A DNA stretch of 64,000 bases from Candidatus Nomurabacteria bacterium (GCA_003155695.1 PMDZ01000008.1:39362-103361); one strand, 5' to 3'; counted from the stretch's first letter, positions 20,788 through 29,806 are shown. Made by a program: numbers and translations. The notes: generated from the sequence alone by a model not told the origin.

Positions 20788-21234
20788 ATGTCAACAAAAC
20801 AATTACAACTGAAAATTGTCACCCCGGAAAAACTGATTCTTGAAGAATTAGTTGACCAGGTCACGGTTCCGACAACAGAAGGGGAAATCACAATTCTTCC
20901 CGACCATATTCCGCTTATAGCTTCGCTTGCTTCCGGCGATATTGTCGCTTTCAAGGATGGCGAGCATATTCCAATGGAAGTTGTTGGTGGATTTGTCGAA
21001 ACAAAAAAAGAAAACGACATGACTTCTGTCATAATCTTGGCGGACTTTGCCGAGCATGTGGCCAACATTTCCGAAGCCGAGATTGCTAAAGCCAAGGCCA
21101 AAGCCGAGGAGTTACGAAAGCAAGCCGAGAACAACGAAATCGTCGACTTTGAACACTTCGAATCCGAGCTTGAACGTTCACTCAATCGCATAAAGATAGC
21201 AGACAAATGGAGGACAAGAAAATATAGAAAATAA
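20788..21234 (+). CDS. atpC: F0F1 ATP synthase subunit epsilon
   Basis: A 148-aa beta-sandwich plus helical hairpin pattern (LKIVTPE..). A 244-bp spacer with a TATAAT-like box separates it from atpD. Confidence 0.85.
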   Translation: MSTKQLQLKIVTPEKLILEELVDQVTVPTTEGEITILPDHIPLIASLASGDIVAFKDGEHIPMEVVGGFVETKKENDMTSVIILADFAEHVANISEAEIAKAKAKAEELRKQAENNEIVDFEHFESELERSLNRIKIADKWRTRKYRK

Positions 21235-21345
21235 AAAAAAATAAGCCCGGCTTTATAATGCCGAGTTTTTGCTTTATTATAATGCTATACTTTTGAGACT
21301 TTTGTCAATAATTCATTATATTTTAATGATATTAAACAAAAATCC

Positions 21346-21373
21346 TTGACTTTTTTTATTTTTTATGTATACT
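21346..21373 (+). promoter_or_regulatory. sigma70-like promoter (TTGACT-16-TATACT)
   Basis: Consensus-like boxes ~35 nt upstream of the 21409 ATG. Confidence 0.4.
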
Positions 21374-21408
21374 TAAGAAAAAAATTTATTTATAATAAAT
21401 TATGTACT

Positions 21409-21708
21409 ATGAAAAATACAGTAAAGACAAAAGAAAAACCTGTTAAAAGTCTACAGAAACAATCGGACATAATAAAAAGATCTAATGCAATTATTGCCGA
21501 GTTGTCCGGTGTAGACAAAGAAAAAATCAATCCTGATTCCAATTTTTTTAAAGAGAAAGAATCTGGTGGTCTAGGTATGAGTACAACTAATTTCGCTAAA
21601 TTAATACAAAGATTTCAGAATGAGTTTAGTATTAATATCGAGGCTGGTTATGTTTTGGGAATATCCCAAGTAATGAATCTAACTGGGTACTTGATTCAAA
21701 ACACATAA
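21409..21708 (+). CDS. small carrier-protein-like (ACP-fold-like) protein
   Basis: IIAELSGVDKEKINPDSNFFKE..LGMSTTNFAKLIQRFQNEFSINI aligns by eye to ACP helix I-III, with a Ser in the DSL position. The start is taken at the internal ATG. Confidence 0.3.
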   Translation: MKNTVKTKEKPVKSLQKQSDIIKRSNAIIAELSGVDKEKINPDSNFFKEKESGGLGMSTTNFAKLIQRFQNEFSINIEAGYVLGISQVMNLTGYLIQNT

Positions 21709-21728
21709 AAGATAAAACTTTAAAGTAA

Positions 21729-21759
21729 GTCACACATCACAAATGTGTGACTTTTTTTG
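21729..21759 (+). terminator. terminator
   Basis: GTCACACAT-loop-ATGTGTGAC followed by a T7 run. Confidence 0.7.
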
Positions 21760-21772
21760 TTATACTGTATAC

Positions 21773-22483
21773 ATGAATAATCTGAATTCATTATTGAAAG
21801 AAATTAAGTCTCATAAAAATTCTATAAAAGCCAAGCTACTATCACGGTTTTTTAAGACAGGTAGTGGAGAATACGGAGAAGGGGATTTATTCCTGGGAAT
21901 CACTGTTCCTGAATCGCGAAAAATCGCTGTGAAGTATAATGGGCTTTCTCTCTCAGACATTGCCAAACTTATCAAAAATAAATATCATGAGGCCAGGCTT
22001 ATAGCTCTTCTAATATTGGTTCACAAATATATAACTTGCGGAAGGCAAGGCCTTCCGCAAAAAAAGATTTTTGACTTTTATTTGAAAAATATCAAGTATA
22101 TAAATAATTGGGATTTAGTTGACTTGTCGGCCGGATATATAGTAGGGAATTACTTATACGACAAGGATAAAAAAATCTTGGAAAAACTTGCCAAATCAAA
22201 AAATATTTGGGAGCGTCGAATTGCCGTTATTTCTACTTTCGCTTTTATATATAAAGGGGAATCGAAGTGGACATTTCGCATTGTCAAAATGCTTTTGAAA
22301 GATTCTCATGACCTCATCCATAAAGCTTGTGGCTGGATGCTTCGCGAGGTCGGCAAACGTGTCTCCGAGCACGATTTGATTTCATTCCTGGACACATATA
22401 ACCACCAAATGCCTCGCACTATGCTCCGCTATGCTATTGAGCGACTACCCGAAAATAAAAGGATATATTACTTAAACAAATAA
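21773..22483 (+). CDS. DNA alkylation repair protein (AlkD/AlkC-like HEAT-repeat glycosylase)
   Basis: Helical repeat protein with W..R and LREVGKR-type blocks typical of the DNA_alkylation family. Contains the 23-bp perfect palindrome at 22037-22059 in frame. Confidence 0.6.
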   Translation: MNNLNSLLKEIKSHKNSIKAKLLSRFFKTGSGEYGEGDLFLGITVPESRKIAVKYNGLSLSDIAKLIKNKYHEARLIALLILVHKYITCGRQGLPQKKIFDFYLKNIKYINNWDLVDLSAGYIVGNYLYDKDKKILEKLAKSKNIWERRIAVISTFAFIYKGESKWTFRIVKMLLKDSHDLIHKACGWMLREVGKRVSEHDLISFLDTYNHQMPRTMLRYAIERLPENKRIYYLNK

Positions 22484-22510
22484 AGTTTTGCTTTAACATT
22501 TGTATCCCCC

Positions 22511-22539
22511 TTGACAAATCTACAAAAATAGTTAATATA
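22511..22539 (+). promoter_or_regulatory. sigma70-like promoter preceded by a C-run (CCCCCTTGACA-17-AATATA)
   Basis: Near-consensus -35 and an A/T-rich -10. It would give a ~260-nt leader for the 22797 gene. The inverted repeat TTAGATAACAG..TGTCTATCTAA lies just downstream. Confidence 0.4.
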
Positions 22540-22796
22540 GGGTTAGATAACAGTATAGAGTTTGTCTATCTAACGTTCTTTTTATGATTTTAGATAATCA
22601 TAGGCCAGTCGCTGAATTGGTCGTTTTTAGAGAAACACCGTTCTTTATATTTATTGCTTTAAACAAAAGTTGGCGATAAATGACATTTTATGTTCTCTAG
22701 TTTCTCGAATGTTTTGTTTTTCGGTTTATGTTTGTAAATCAAATCTTAAAGAAAGTGGTCGATCTTTGAAAATTAAAACTAATTATAAAAAAATTT

Positions 22797-24482
22797 ATGA
22801 AGAAATATTTTATTTTCTTGATAATCGGTCTTGTGTTTTTAGTAGCAGGATCAAAGCTTGTTTCCGCATGTGAAGATAATACATGCAATAAAACTGATAC
22901 ACGAACTCTCGGTTGTGATACGGGTTATACCGGCTCAATAACAGAGACACGCTACGAGTCAAAAGATCGTTTCGAATGTAAATGGGGTGATTGGAAAGAA
23001 ACTTCAAATACTTGTACAATAATTCCAGTTAAAGTTGATGGAGGCTGGAGTGATTGGAGTGAAAAAGATAACTCATGTGGATATTCTGGAACACAGACTC
23101 GCACATGTACAAATCCAAGTCTTTCAAATGGAGGCGCAGATTGTGTAGGAGATTCTTCTAAAACCTATACAAACGAAAGTTGCTCTACTCCTGTCGCGAC
23201 TATTTCAGCAACAAAGATTGTTTGTCCAACTGAAGACTTACTTCCAAATTGGGGAGCAGGTGGACCAAACATAACTTCTGGAACTGCAAGTGCTTTCTTA
23301 ACAGCAAATCCTACTTGCCATTCAGTCCCTTGGACTTTCGAATGGGCACCAAAGGATACCTTAAATCCTGGAGATCAAGTTGGCGTAGCAGGCGGAGCTT
23401 GGACTTCTTTCACTGGAACTACTACAGTTCCATCAGGAAATACTGTCTGGGTTCGTGAACAATTTGACAATAACTACATTCCATTTACAGGTGTAACAAC
23501 TACTCTAAATGTTTCAGCAGAACTTTACTGTAATATAGACGTTCTAAACTTTGATAACTACGATAGAGTAGATTCAATAGTTAAAGATAACAATTACTAC
23601 TGTATCGGATTCAATGTATTAAAATCAATTCCAGTTGTCTCTTATACTGTCACTGCAAGTGCAGGTGATAATGGAACTATAACTCCAGCTTCACAAGAAG
23701 CAACTTCAGGTACAACCGTCAACTTTACTGTCACTCCAAATTCTGGATATACAGCAACAGTTGGTGGTACTTGCACAGCAGGAACACTTGTCGGAACAAC
23801 TTACACAACTGGAAATATCACAGCTGATTGTACGGTAGAAGCAACGTTTACCAAAATCCCAGCTAATTCTTTCATCCTTACGGTTGAAACACTGGGAACT
23901 GGTACTGGAGTATTTACAGGCGCCGGAACTTATACTTCCGGAACCGTAGTTACTTTAACTGCAACTCCTTCAGATAATTCAACGTTTGATGGTTGGAGTG
24001 AAAATTGTCCAGGAGGTATTGTAACCTTAACAAGTAATATAACTTGTACAGCTACATTTACTTTGAAGACAGTTACTCATCATAGCAGTGGGCATGTTAT
24101 ATCCAGTGGTTCAATTCCAACGACTGGTCAAGTTCTCGGCGCAGAAACCACTTGTGGAATTTATATCGATAAATACATGAGAATGGGACTTAAGGGTAAT
24201 GACCCGATAGCTGTGAAAAAAGTTCAGATATTCTTGAATAGTTACATGGATTCAGGACTTCTCGTTGATGGAGTATTCGGTCCTAAAACCGATACTGCAG
24301 TTAGAGCTTTCCAAACTAAACAGTTTGACAAAGTGCTAGCTCCTTGGGAACTTACTGGCTCAACTGGCATATTTTATTTGACTACTCAAACAGAAGTCAA
24401 TAATATAATGTGTCCATCGTTGAACTTACCGATTCCAGCGTTAATTCCGATAAATCAGAACCCCGCATTCCCTCAATATTAA
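22797..24482 (+). CDS. secreted multidomain surface protein: signal peptide, TSP1-like repeat, two InlB-B-repeat-like domains, C-terminal PG-binding module
   Basis: The TSP1-like block is GGWSDWSEKDNSCGYSGTQTRTCTNPSLSNGGADC. Two ..GY.ATVGG.C..G / ..STFDGWSENCPGG blocks fit the bacterial Ig-like B-repeat pattern. The C-terminus (DGVFGPKTDTAVRAFQ..) fits PG_binding_1. It is followed by the family-specific tail TGIFYLTTQTEVNNIMCP. Confidence 0.6.
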   Translation: MKKYFIFLIIGLVFLVAGSKLVSACEDNTCNKTDTRTLGCDTGYTGSITETRYESKDRFECKWGDWKETSNTCTIIPVKVDGGWSDWSEKDNSCGYSGTQTRTCTNPSLSNGGADCVGDSSKTYTNESCSTPVATISATKIVCPTEDLLPNWGAGGPNITSGTASAFLTANPTCHSVPWTFEWAPKDTLNPGDQVGVAGGAWTSFTGTTTVPSGNTVWVREQFDNNYIPFTGVTTTLNVSAELYCNIDVLNFDNYDRVDSIVKDNNYYCIGFNVLKSIPVVSYTVTASAGDNGTITPASQEATSGTTVNFTVTPNSGYTATVGGTCTAGTLVGTTYTTGNITADCTVEATFTKIPANSFILTVETLGTGTGVFTGAGTYTSGTVVTLTATPSDNSTFDGWSENCPGGIVTLTSNITCTATFTLKTVTHHSSGHVISSGSIPTTGQVLGAETTCGIYIDKYMRMGLKGNDPIAVKKVQIFLNSYMDSGLLVDGVFGPKTDTAVRAFQTKQFDKVLAPWELTGSTGIFYLTTQTEVNNIMCPSLNLPIPALIPINQNPAFPQY

Positions 24483-24500
24483 TTTGAGTGTAATGATAAA

Positions 24501-24532
24501 AACAATCCCACGAAAGTGGGGTTGTTTTTATT
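24501..24532 (+). terminator. terminator
   Basis: CAATCCCAC-GAAA-GTGGGGTTG followed by a T-run. Confidence 0.6.
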
Positions 24533-24623
24533 TGGGCTTGCTAAATTACACAAGGGTAGTATAGTGCTATCCAGAAGTCTATTTGAAAATTCTTATATTT
24601 TTACTTTATTAATATTCAAAACC

Positions 24624-24773
24624 ATGGAAACGTTTAAAAAAATTTTACGTGGTTTAGGTTGGGCTATTTTGATTCTTGGTACTGTGGCTGTGTTTGTATT
24701 TTGTTTTAGCCAAAAAAGAAACCCGGGACAAACTCAGCTGACTAACAAGCCTGACACTACTATCACTAAGTAA
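24624..24773 (+). CDS. possible small membrane protein (49 aa)
   Basis: METFKKILRGLGWAILILGTVAVFVFCF.. contains one TM helix. A strong terminator at 24801-24843 follows. Confidence 0.2.
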   Translation: METFKKILRGLGWAILILGTVAVFVFCFSQKRNPGQTQLTNKPDTTITK

Positions 24774-24911
24774 AGGAAACCTTTACTGAGACAATCATTT
24801 AACCCCTCTAATCTAAAATAAGATTATAAGAGGGGTTTTTTTATATTAAAAACTCGAAAAAATAAGCATATTGGGGGACTTGACATTATCCACATGTGTT
24901 AACCTTTCCCC

Positions 24912-24940
24912 TTGACTTACCATAATAACAGATGTAATAT
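24912..24940 (+). promoter_or_regulatory. sigma70-like promoter preceded by a C-run (CCCCTTGACT-17-TAATAT)
   Basis: Lies upstream of the 25084 gene. A second TTGACA (GGGGGACTTGACA) sits ~35 nt further upstream. Confidence 0.4.
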
Positions 24941-25083
24941 GACAACCAAATTGGGCGAGAATTTAAACAAGGAAAAGTAAGGGTTTTGTCGATTATCCAT
25001 ACTGATTCTTTTAGAAATTACAAATTATTATTAATTATTAAGGGTTAAACGCTATAATATAATGTTTAACAAAAAAGTTTTTT

Positions 25084-26751
25084 ATGAAAAAAAATAAATT
25101 AATGTCGAAAGTTTCGTCTTTTGTTTCAATGCTTACAATGGTTTTATCGGTTCTAGGTTTTAACGCTTTGACAGCTCAAGCAGCTGTAGCTACAGCACCA
25201 AATCCAACCTTAGGTCAATCTTGCGGAATAAAAGTCGTTTTAATTTTGGATAGCTCAGACAGTATGAGTGACGCCGATATTACAACAGTTAAAAATGATG
25301 CGAATGCATTGGTTGGTTCATTGATGCCTGCAAATCCTATAGGTGTTATTGACTTTGATACACAAGTTGTAAATTCTTTACCTCCTGCAACTGATATCAC
25401 AACCGTAACAAATGCTATCAATTCGATAGGACATACAAATGCTACCGAATCTACAAACTGGGATGCAGCTTTAAATAAAGCTTCCACAATGGTAGGAAGT
25501 GGTGATTTGGTTGTAATTATAACCGATGGTAACCCAACTACTCACGATGGCTCTGGAAATGATATTGATAATGCCGTAACTAGAGCAAATACAATCAAAA
25601 ACATGGGAGCTAGGGTTTTAGCTATTGGAATTAATAGTTCAGGGACTCAAGGTGGTCTTAATCTAGGCAACCTTGAATTAATCTCCGGAACTCAAGTTGC
25701 TAATGGAACATTTACAAATATAAACACAGCTGATGTTTATCTTGGAGATATTTCAACACTTGGTTCCGTATTGGCAAATTTAACTACAGCTTTATGTGGT
25801 GGTCAGCTTACCGTAAGTAAACAGCTATATATGGGAGAAGGAGTGGCTACTATTCCTGGCGGTGCTGGTTGGCAATTTGTTGTCAATGGGAATACTTATC
25901 CAACAGATAATAACAGTAGTATTTCGGTTCCATTTAACAAAGATACAAATGGTATTACAGTTTCCGAAGTAACTCAGACAAATTTTCCGTTTAGATCAGT
26001 TTCTTGTGCTAATGGCACACAAACTGGTGACCAACCAGAAGTCACAGGCATTTCGATCACCAAGAAAACAACAGTTAACTGTACTTTCGTAAATACCCAA
26101 CCCGATATGTGTCCGGGTGATTTGGATCCGGGAGTACAAACAAGTTCTGCTAACTGTACAGTTCCTCCAACATTATGTACAGATCCTACAGCAAATAATG
26201 TAGGATATCCGATACCTTGTACGTTCACAAAGTGTGCATACAATCCGGACATACTAGCAAGTAGTTCAGCTTGTGTTGCTCCAACTTCTAAATTATGCAC
26301 AGATAAAAAAGCAAATAACATGGGTAGTTCATTGCCATGTACTTATAACAGGGGTAGTGGCAGTCATGTATCCAGTGGTTCAATTCTAAAACCTGGTCAA
26401 GTTCTCGGCGCCGTAACTTCTTGTGGAATTTATGTAGATAAATTCTTGAAGAAAGGTTTGAAGGGGAATGACCCGGCTGCTGTCGGGAAAATTCAATCTT
26501 TCTTGAATGATTACACGAGTTCAGGATTGAATGTTGATGGCAAATTTGGCCCTATGACCGATGCTGCTCTCAAGGCTTTCCAGCTTGCTCATGCCGATAA
26601 GATTTTGACTCCATGGGGACTTACAAAGCCAACCGGCATATTCTATTTAACCACTCAAACAGCGGTTAACAATATAATGTGTCCAACACTTGATTTGCCT
26701 ATCCCAGTACTCACTCCGATGGCTCAAAACCCTTTGTTTCCTAAGTTCTAA
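25084..26751 (+). CDS. secreted VWA-domain protein with Cys-rich linker and C-terminal PG-binding module
   Basis: Signal peptide. The MIDAS motif DSSDSMS is followed by a ..ITDGNPT.. VWA pattern. The C-terminal 130 aa are paralogous to the ends of the 22797 and 50366 proteins. Confidence 0.65.
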   Translation: MKKNKLMSKVSSFVSMLTMVLSVLGFNALTAQAAVATAPNPTLGQSCGIKVVLILDSSDSMSDADITTVKNDANALVGSLMPANPIGVIDFDTQVVNSLPPATDITTVTNAINSIGHTNATESTNWDAALNKASTMVGSGDLVVIITDGNPTTHDGSGNDIDNAVTRANTIKNMGARVLAIGINSSGTQGGLNLGNLELISGTQVANGTFTNINTADVYLGDISTLGSVLANLTTALCGGQLTVSKQLYMGEGVATIPGGAGWQFVVNGNTYPTDNNSSISVPFNKDTNGITVSEVTQTNFPFRSVSCANGTQTGDQPEVTGISITKKTTVNCTFVNTQPDMCPGDLDPGVQTSSANCTVPPTLCTDPTANNVGYPIPCTFTKCAYNPDILASSSACVAPTSKLCTDKKANNMGSSLPCTYNRGSGSHVSSGSILKPGQVLGAVTSCGIYVDKFLKKGLKGNDPAAVGKIQSFLNDYTSSGLNVDGKFGPMTDAALKAFQLAHADKILTPWGLTKPTGIFYLTTQTAVNNIMCPTLDLPIPVLTPMAQNPLFPKF

Positions 26752-26770
26752 TTAAGATTATTGGAGTAAA

Positions 26771-26805
26771 AGCAATCCTGCCTTCGGTGGGGTTGTTTTT
26801 ATTTT
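26771..26805 (+). terminator. terminator
   Basis: GCAATCCTGCC-TTCG-GTGGGGTTG followed by a T-run. Similar to the 24501 terminator. Confidence 0.5.
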
Positions 26806-26830
26806 GATTATGTGTTATAATTGACATACA

Positions 26831-27925
26831 ATGAAAAGTGTAGTAAAAATATTCAAGCATATATTTATTCCTCACATTCACAATAACTACAAGCCACACT
26901 TCTTCCGCGAGGTATCCGTGACTGCTATTTTAATTGTTGTTATTGTTTTATTCTCCGTTTCTTTCTGTTCAAAATTATATATTACGAATAAAAATATGAC
27001 GGCCGAAGTTCTGCCGGCAGTTCTTGTTGACCTCGCCAATAAAGATCGTTCCGCCAGTGGTGAACCGGCGCTCACGCGAAATACTCTTCTTGACACTGCC
27101 GCACAATTGAAAGCACAAGATATGGCAAACTCACAATATTTTGCACATACCAGTCCAGCAGGAATTACTCCGTGGCATTGGTTTAATCAAGTTGGATATT
27201 ATTTCACCTACGCTGGGGAAAACTTGGCTATTGATTTTAATGAATCTATGGATGTGGAAAATGCCTGGCTTAACTCCCCAAAACATCGAGAGAATATTAT
27301 GAGTAATAATTTTACCGAAATCGGTATCGCCACTGCGGAGGGCTATTATAATGGTTCACCGACTACTTACGTCGTTCAAATGTTTGGCACTCCGGCTTTT
27401 ATTCCAAAGGCTGAAGCTGCTACGCCAACAATTAGAGCGACATCTGCCCCAGTCGTCACCCCGAAACCTAAAACAGTTGCAAAGAAACCCGTTCCAACTA
27501 CGACAGAAGTAGTCACCAACCAAGAGGTTAAAGGGGAGTCGGTAGTAGCCACTACTCCGGTTACAAATGAAAAACCAGTGGTAGAAGAACAGCAACTGCA
27601 AACCGTTACCGAAACACCCAATTTTATTTTTGTAAAAAATAATGCTCTTAATGACGAAGTTACTTTACAGGTACCAACAACAGTGGCTACAAGCCCAAAA
27701 TATTCTACTTGGCTAGAACGTTTTGTTTTCTTGATTCCTAATTATACCGACCATATATATAAAATATTTGTTTGGGTAGTTATTATTGCGCTTATGCTAA
27801 TGACTATCGTTGAAATAAGACGCCAACAACCGAAAAATATTACTTACGGAATTCTTTTGATTGTCATAATCTTCTGCTTCATTTATATAAACCAATCAAT
27901 ATTTATAACCAGTCTTCTGGTATAA
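26831..27925 (+). CDS. CAP (SCP/PR1-like, YkwD-like) domain membrane protein with Pro/Thr/Val-rich linker and C-terminal TM helices
   Basis: FAHTSPAG..W..N..Y...GENLA...W..SP.HRENIM...FTEIGIA shows the CAP domain signature. The N-terminal TM helix and hydrophobic C-terminus were read by hand. Confidence 0.55.
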   Translation: MKSVVKIFKHIFIPHIHNNYKPHFFREVSVTAILIVVIVLFSVSFCSKLYITNKNMTAEVLPAVLVDLANKDRSASGEPALTRNTLLDTAAQLKAQDMANSQYFAHTSPAGITPWHWFNQVGYYFTYAGENLAIDFNESMDVENAWLNSPKHRENIMSNNFTEIGIATAEGYYNGSPTTYVVQMFGTPAFIPKAEAATPTIRATSAPVVTPKPKTVAKKPVPTTTEVVTNQEVKGESVVATTPVTNEKPVVEEQQLQTVTETPNFIFVKNNALNDEVTLQVPTTVATSPKYSTWLERFVFLIPNYTDHIYKIFVWVVIIALMLMTIVEIRRQQPKNITYGILLIVIIFCFIYINQSIFITSLLV

Positions 27926-27958
27926 AAAAATCCCCTAGTAGAAGGGATTTTTTATTTT
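27926..27958. terminator. bidirectional terminator between convergent genes
   Basis: AAAAAAATCCCCT-loop-AGGGATTTTTTATTTT. Confidence 0.6.
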
Positions 27959-29118
27959 GAAGTTTTTATCGGCAACTTAACGGAGAAGATGCTGCCTCGT
28001 TCTTTTTTATTCTTGACACTAGTTACACTGACTTCACCACCATGAACTTCGGCAACCCATTTGACGATGGCAAGCCCCAAGCCAATACTGTTTCCACCAT
28101 ATTTTTGATACTTGTCGGCACGATAGAATCTTTCGAAAACGTGAGGTAAATCCTCCTCTTTTATGCCAATTCCATCATCTGTTACGTTTATTGTTATAAA
28201 ACCCTTGGATTGTTTCGCATCAATAACTGTGTGGCCATTTTTACAACCGTAGACTATTGAATTCTTAACGAGATTAATTAACATTTTTTCCAAATACCTT
28301 TTATCCCCCAATATCTCGACATCCGGGATTTTTTTGGAAGTTATTGAAATATTTTTTTCGTATGAAAGAGCTTTGCATCTTGAAACAATTGTCCTGACAA
28401 GAGATTTCAATTTTACTTTCTCATAGAATAATCTATTTTTTAGCTCCCAGGCCTTGGAAGTTATCAGGGAAAGGTCTGCGAGAATGCCCGATAGGTGTTT
28501 TATTTCGTAATTTATTGCTTTGAGTGCTTTCTCGGGAGATTTTAAATATTTTCCCTTTCCATTTTTCATCGCCAAGTCCACATTACCTTTGATTATGGCA
28601 ATCGGTGTACGGAGTTCATGTGTTGCGTCAGCAATTGATTCTACCTTCAATTTTTCTTCTTCAAGTAGTCTTTTTGATTCATTTATTTGCTCTATTCTTT
28701 TGCGCACGGTAATATCCCTTATATTACACTGAATTACAAGGGTACCGCCGGCCAAATACGAATTACTGACAAACTCAACAGCAACGGATTCGCCATTTTT
28801 TGTTTCAAGAGGTAAATCTTCATATCGTACATATCCATCTTTTTGTAAAATTCTAAAGACATCCTTGGCTGCCTTCATATTTCTAAATGCACCAACTTCC
28901 CATAATTTTTTGTTTAAAAATTCAGCCTTTGAATAACCCAATAATTTTATCAAAAAAGGGTTGACGTCGGTAATCTGACCGGTTTCAGAATCAAGAATAA
29001 GTATCCCGTCGTGTGCCGACTCGAAAAGGCGGCGATATCTGACTTCGGATTCTTTCAATTTCGATTCCATTTTAATTTTGTCTTTTTTTTCCATTGATTT
29101 TTTAATTATTTTTCTCAA
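27952..29118 (-). CDS. cytoplasmic PAS-domain sensor histidine kinase
   Basis: PAS-like N-terminus, an H-box (HELRTPIAIIKGNVDLA) and N/G boxes (NLVKNSIVYG; DDGIGI; GLGLAIVK). No TM segment. Confidence 0.8.
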   Translation of the reverse strand: MRKIIKKSMEKKDKIKMESKLKESEVRYRRLFESAHDGILILDSETGQITDVNPFLIKLLGYSKAEFLNKKLWEVGAFRNMKAAKDVFRILQKDGYVRYEDLPLETKNGESVAVEFVSNSYLAGGTLVIQCNIRDITVRKRIEQINESKRLLEEEKLKVESIADATHELRTPIAIIKGNVDLAMKNGKGKYLKSPEKALKAINYEIKHLSGILADLSLITSKAWELKNRLFYEKVKLKSLVRTIVSRCKALSYEKNISITSKKIPDVEILGDKRYLEKMLINLVKNSIVYGCKNGHTVIDAKQSKGFITINVTDDGIGIKEEDLPHVFERFYRADKYQKYGGNSIGLGLAIVKWVAEVHGGEVSVTSVKNKKERGSIFSVKLPIKTSK

Positions 29119-29143
29119 TTATTCATTGAGTTCGACCTTTTTA

Positions 29144-29806
29144 TCACTCTTTCAAAATAAAACCAACATCACGGATTGTATGTATCAGAGGTTTATTTCC
29201 GTCAATCTTCTTGCGTAGATATCGTATGTGGACATTCAATTCGTTGTTCTTTTCCTTAAAATCCGGCCCCCAAGCGTGTTCAATAAGTCTCTGCCTGCTT
29301 ATCGCTTCTCCGTGATTGGAAAGAAGCATATCCAGAAGTTTGTATTCTTTCGGGGCAAGGGGAGTGGTAATGCCGGCTCGAGTTACTTCATGTTTCTTTT
29401 TATCCATGACCAAATCGGCATATTTTACGATATTTTCATCGGTCGTTTTTCGACGACGCAAAATTGCCCTTATTCGAGCCAATAGTTCTTTGATACCGAA
29501 AGGTTTGACCAGATAATCGTCGGCACCCAAATCGAGACCCATTATTCTGTCTCCTTCGCTGCCACGGGCGGTAAGGATGATAATAGGCGTATGAATTTGG
29601 TGTTCTCGAAGTTCTTTGCAGACAGTAAAACCATTTTTTTTGGGAAGCATTATATCCAAAATGATTAAGGAATAATTATTCTTCATCGCTTTATCCAAAC
29701 CAACTTTCCCATCATAAGCTTCATCAACCGAATAACGTTCGCCCTTTAATGCAATTTTTATTATATCCACTAACTTTTTTTCATCTTCAATTATTAGTAT
29801 AGACAT
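29144..29806 (-). CDS. OmpR/PhoB-family response regulator
   Basis: Receiver domain (acidic pocket D..D and phospho-acceptor Asp in ILDIMLP) plus a winged-helix C-terminus. Ends with TGA, the only TGA stop checked in the window. Confidence 0.85.
   Translation of the reverse strand: MSILIIEDEKKLVDIIKIALKGERYSVDEAYDGKVGLDKAMKNNYSLIILDIMLPKKNGFTVCKELREHQIHTPIIILTARGSEGDRIMGLDLGADDYLVKPFGIKELLARIRAILRRRKTTDENIVKYADLVMDKKKHEVTRAGITTPLAPKEYKLLDMLLSNHGEAISRQRLIEHAWGPDFKEKNNELNVHIRYLRKKIDGNKPLIHTIRDVGFILKE

Noticed and set aside
22670-22873. 67-aa ORF overlapping the start of the 22797 surface-protein gene
   Set aside because: Different frame from a well-supported signal-peptide-bearing ORF. Its sequence looks like untranslated leader.
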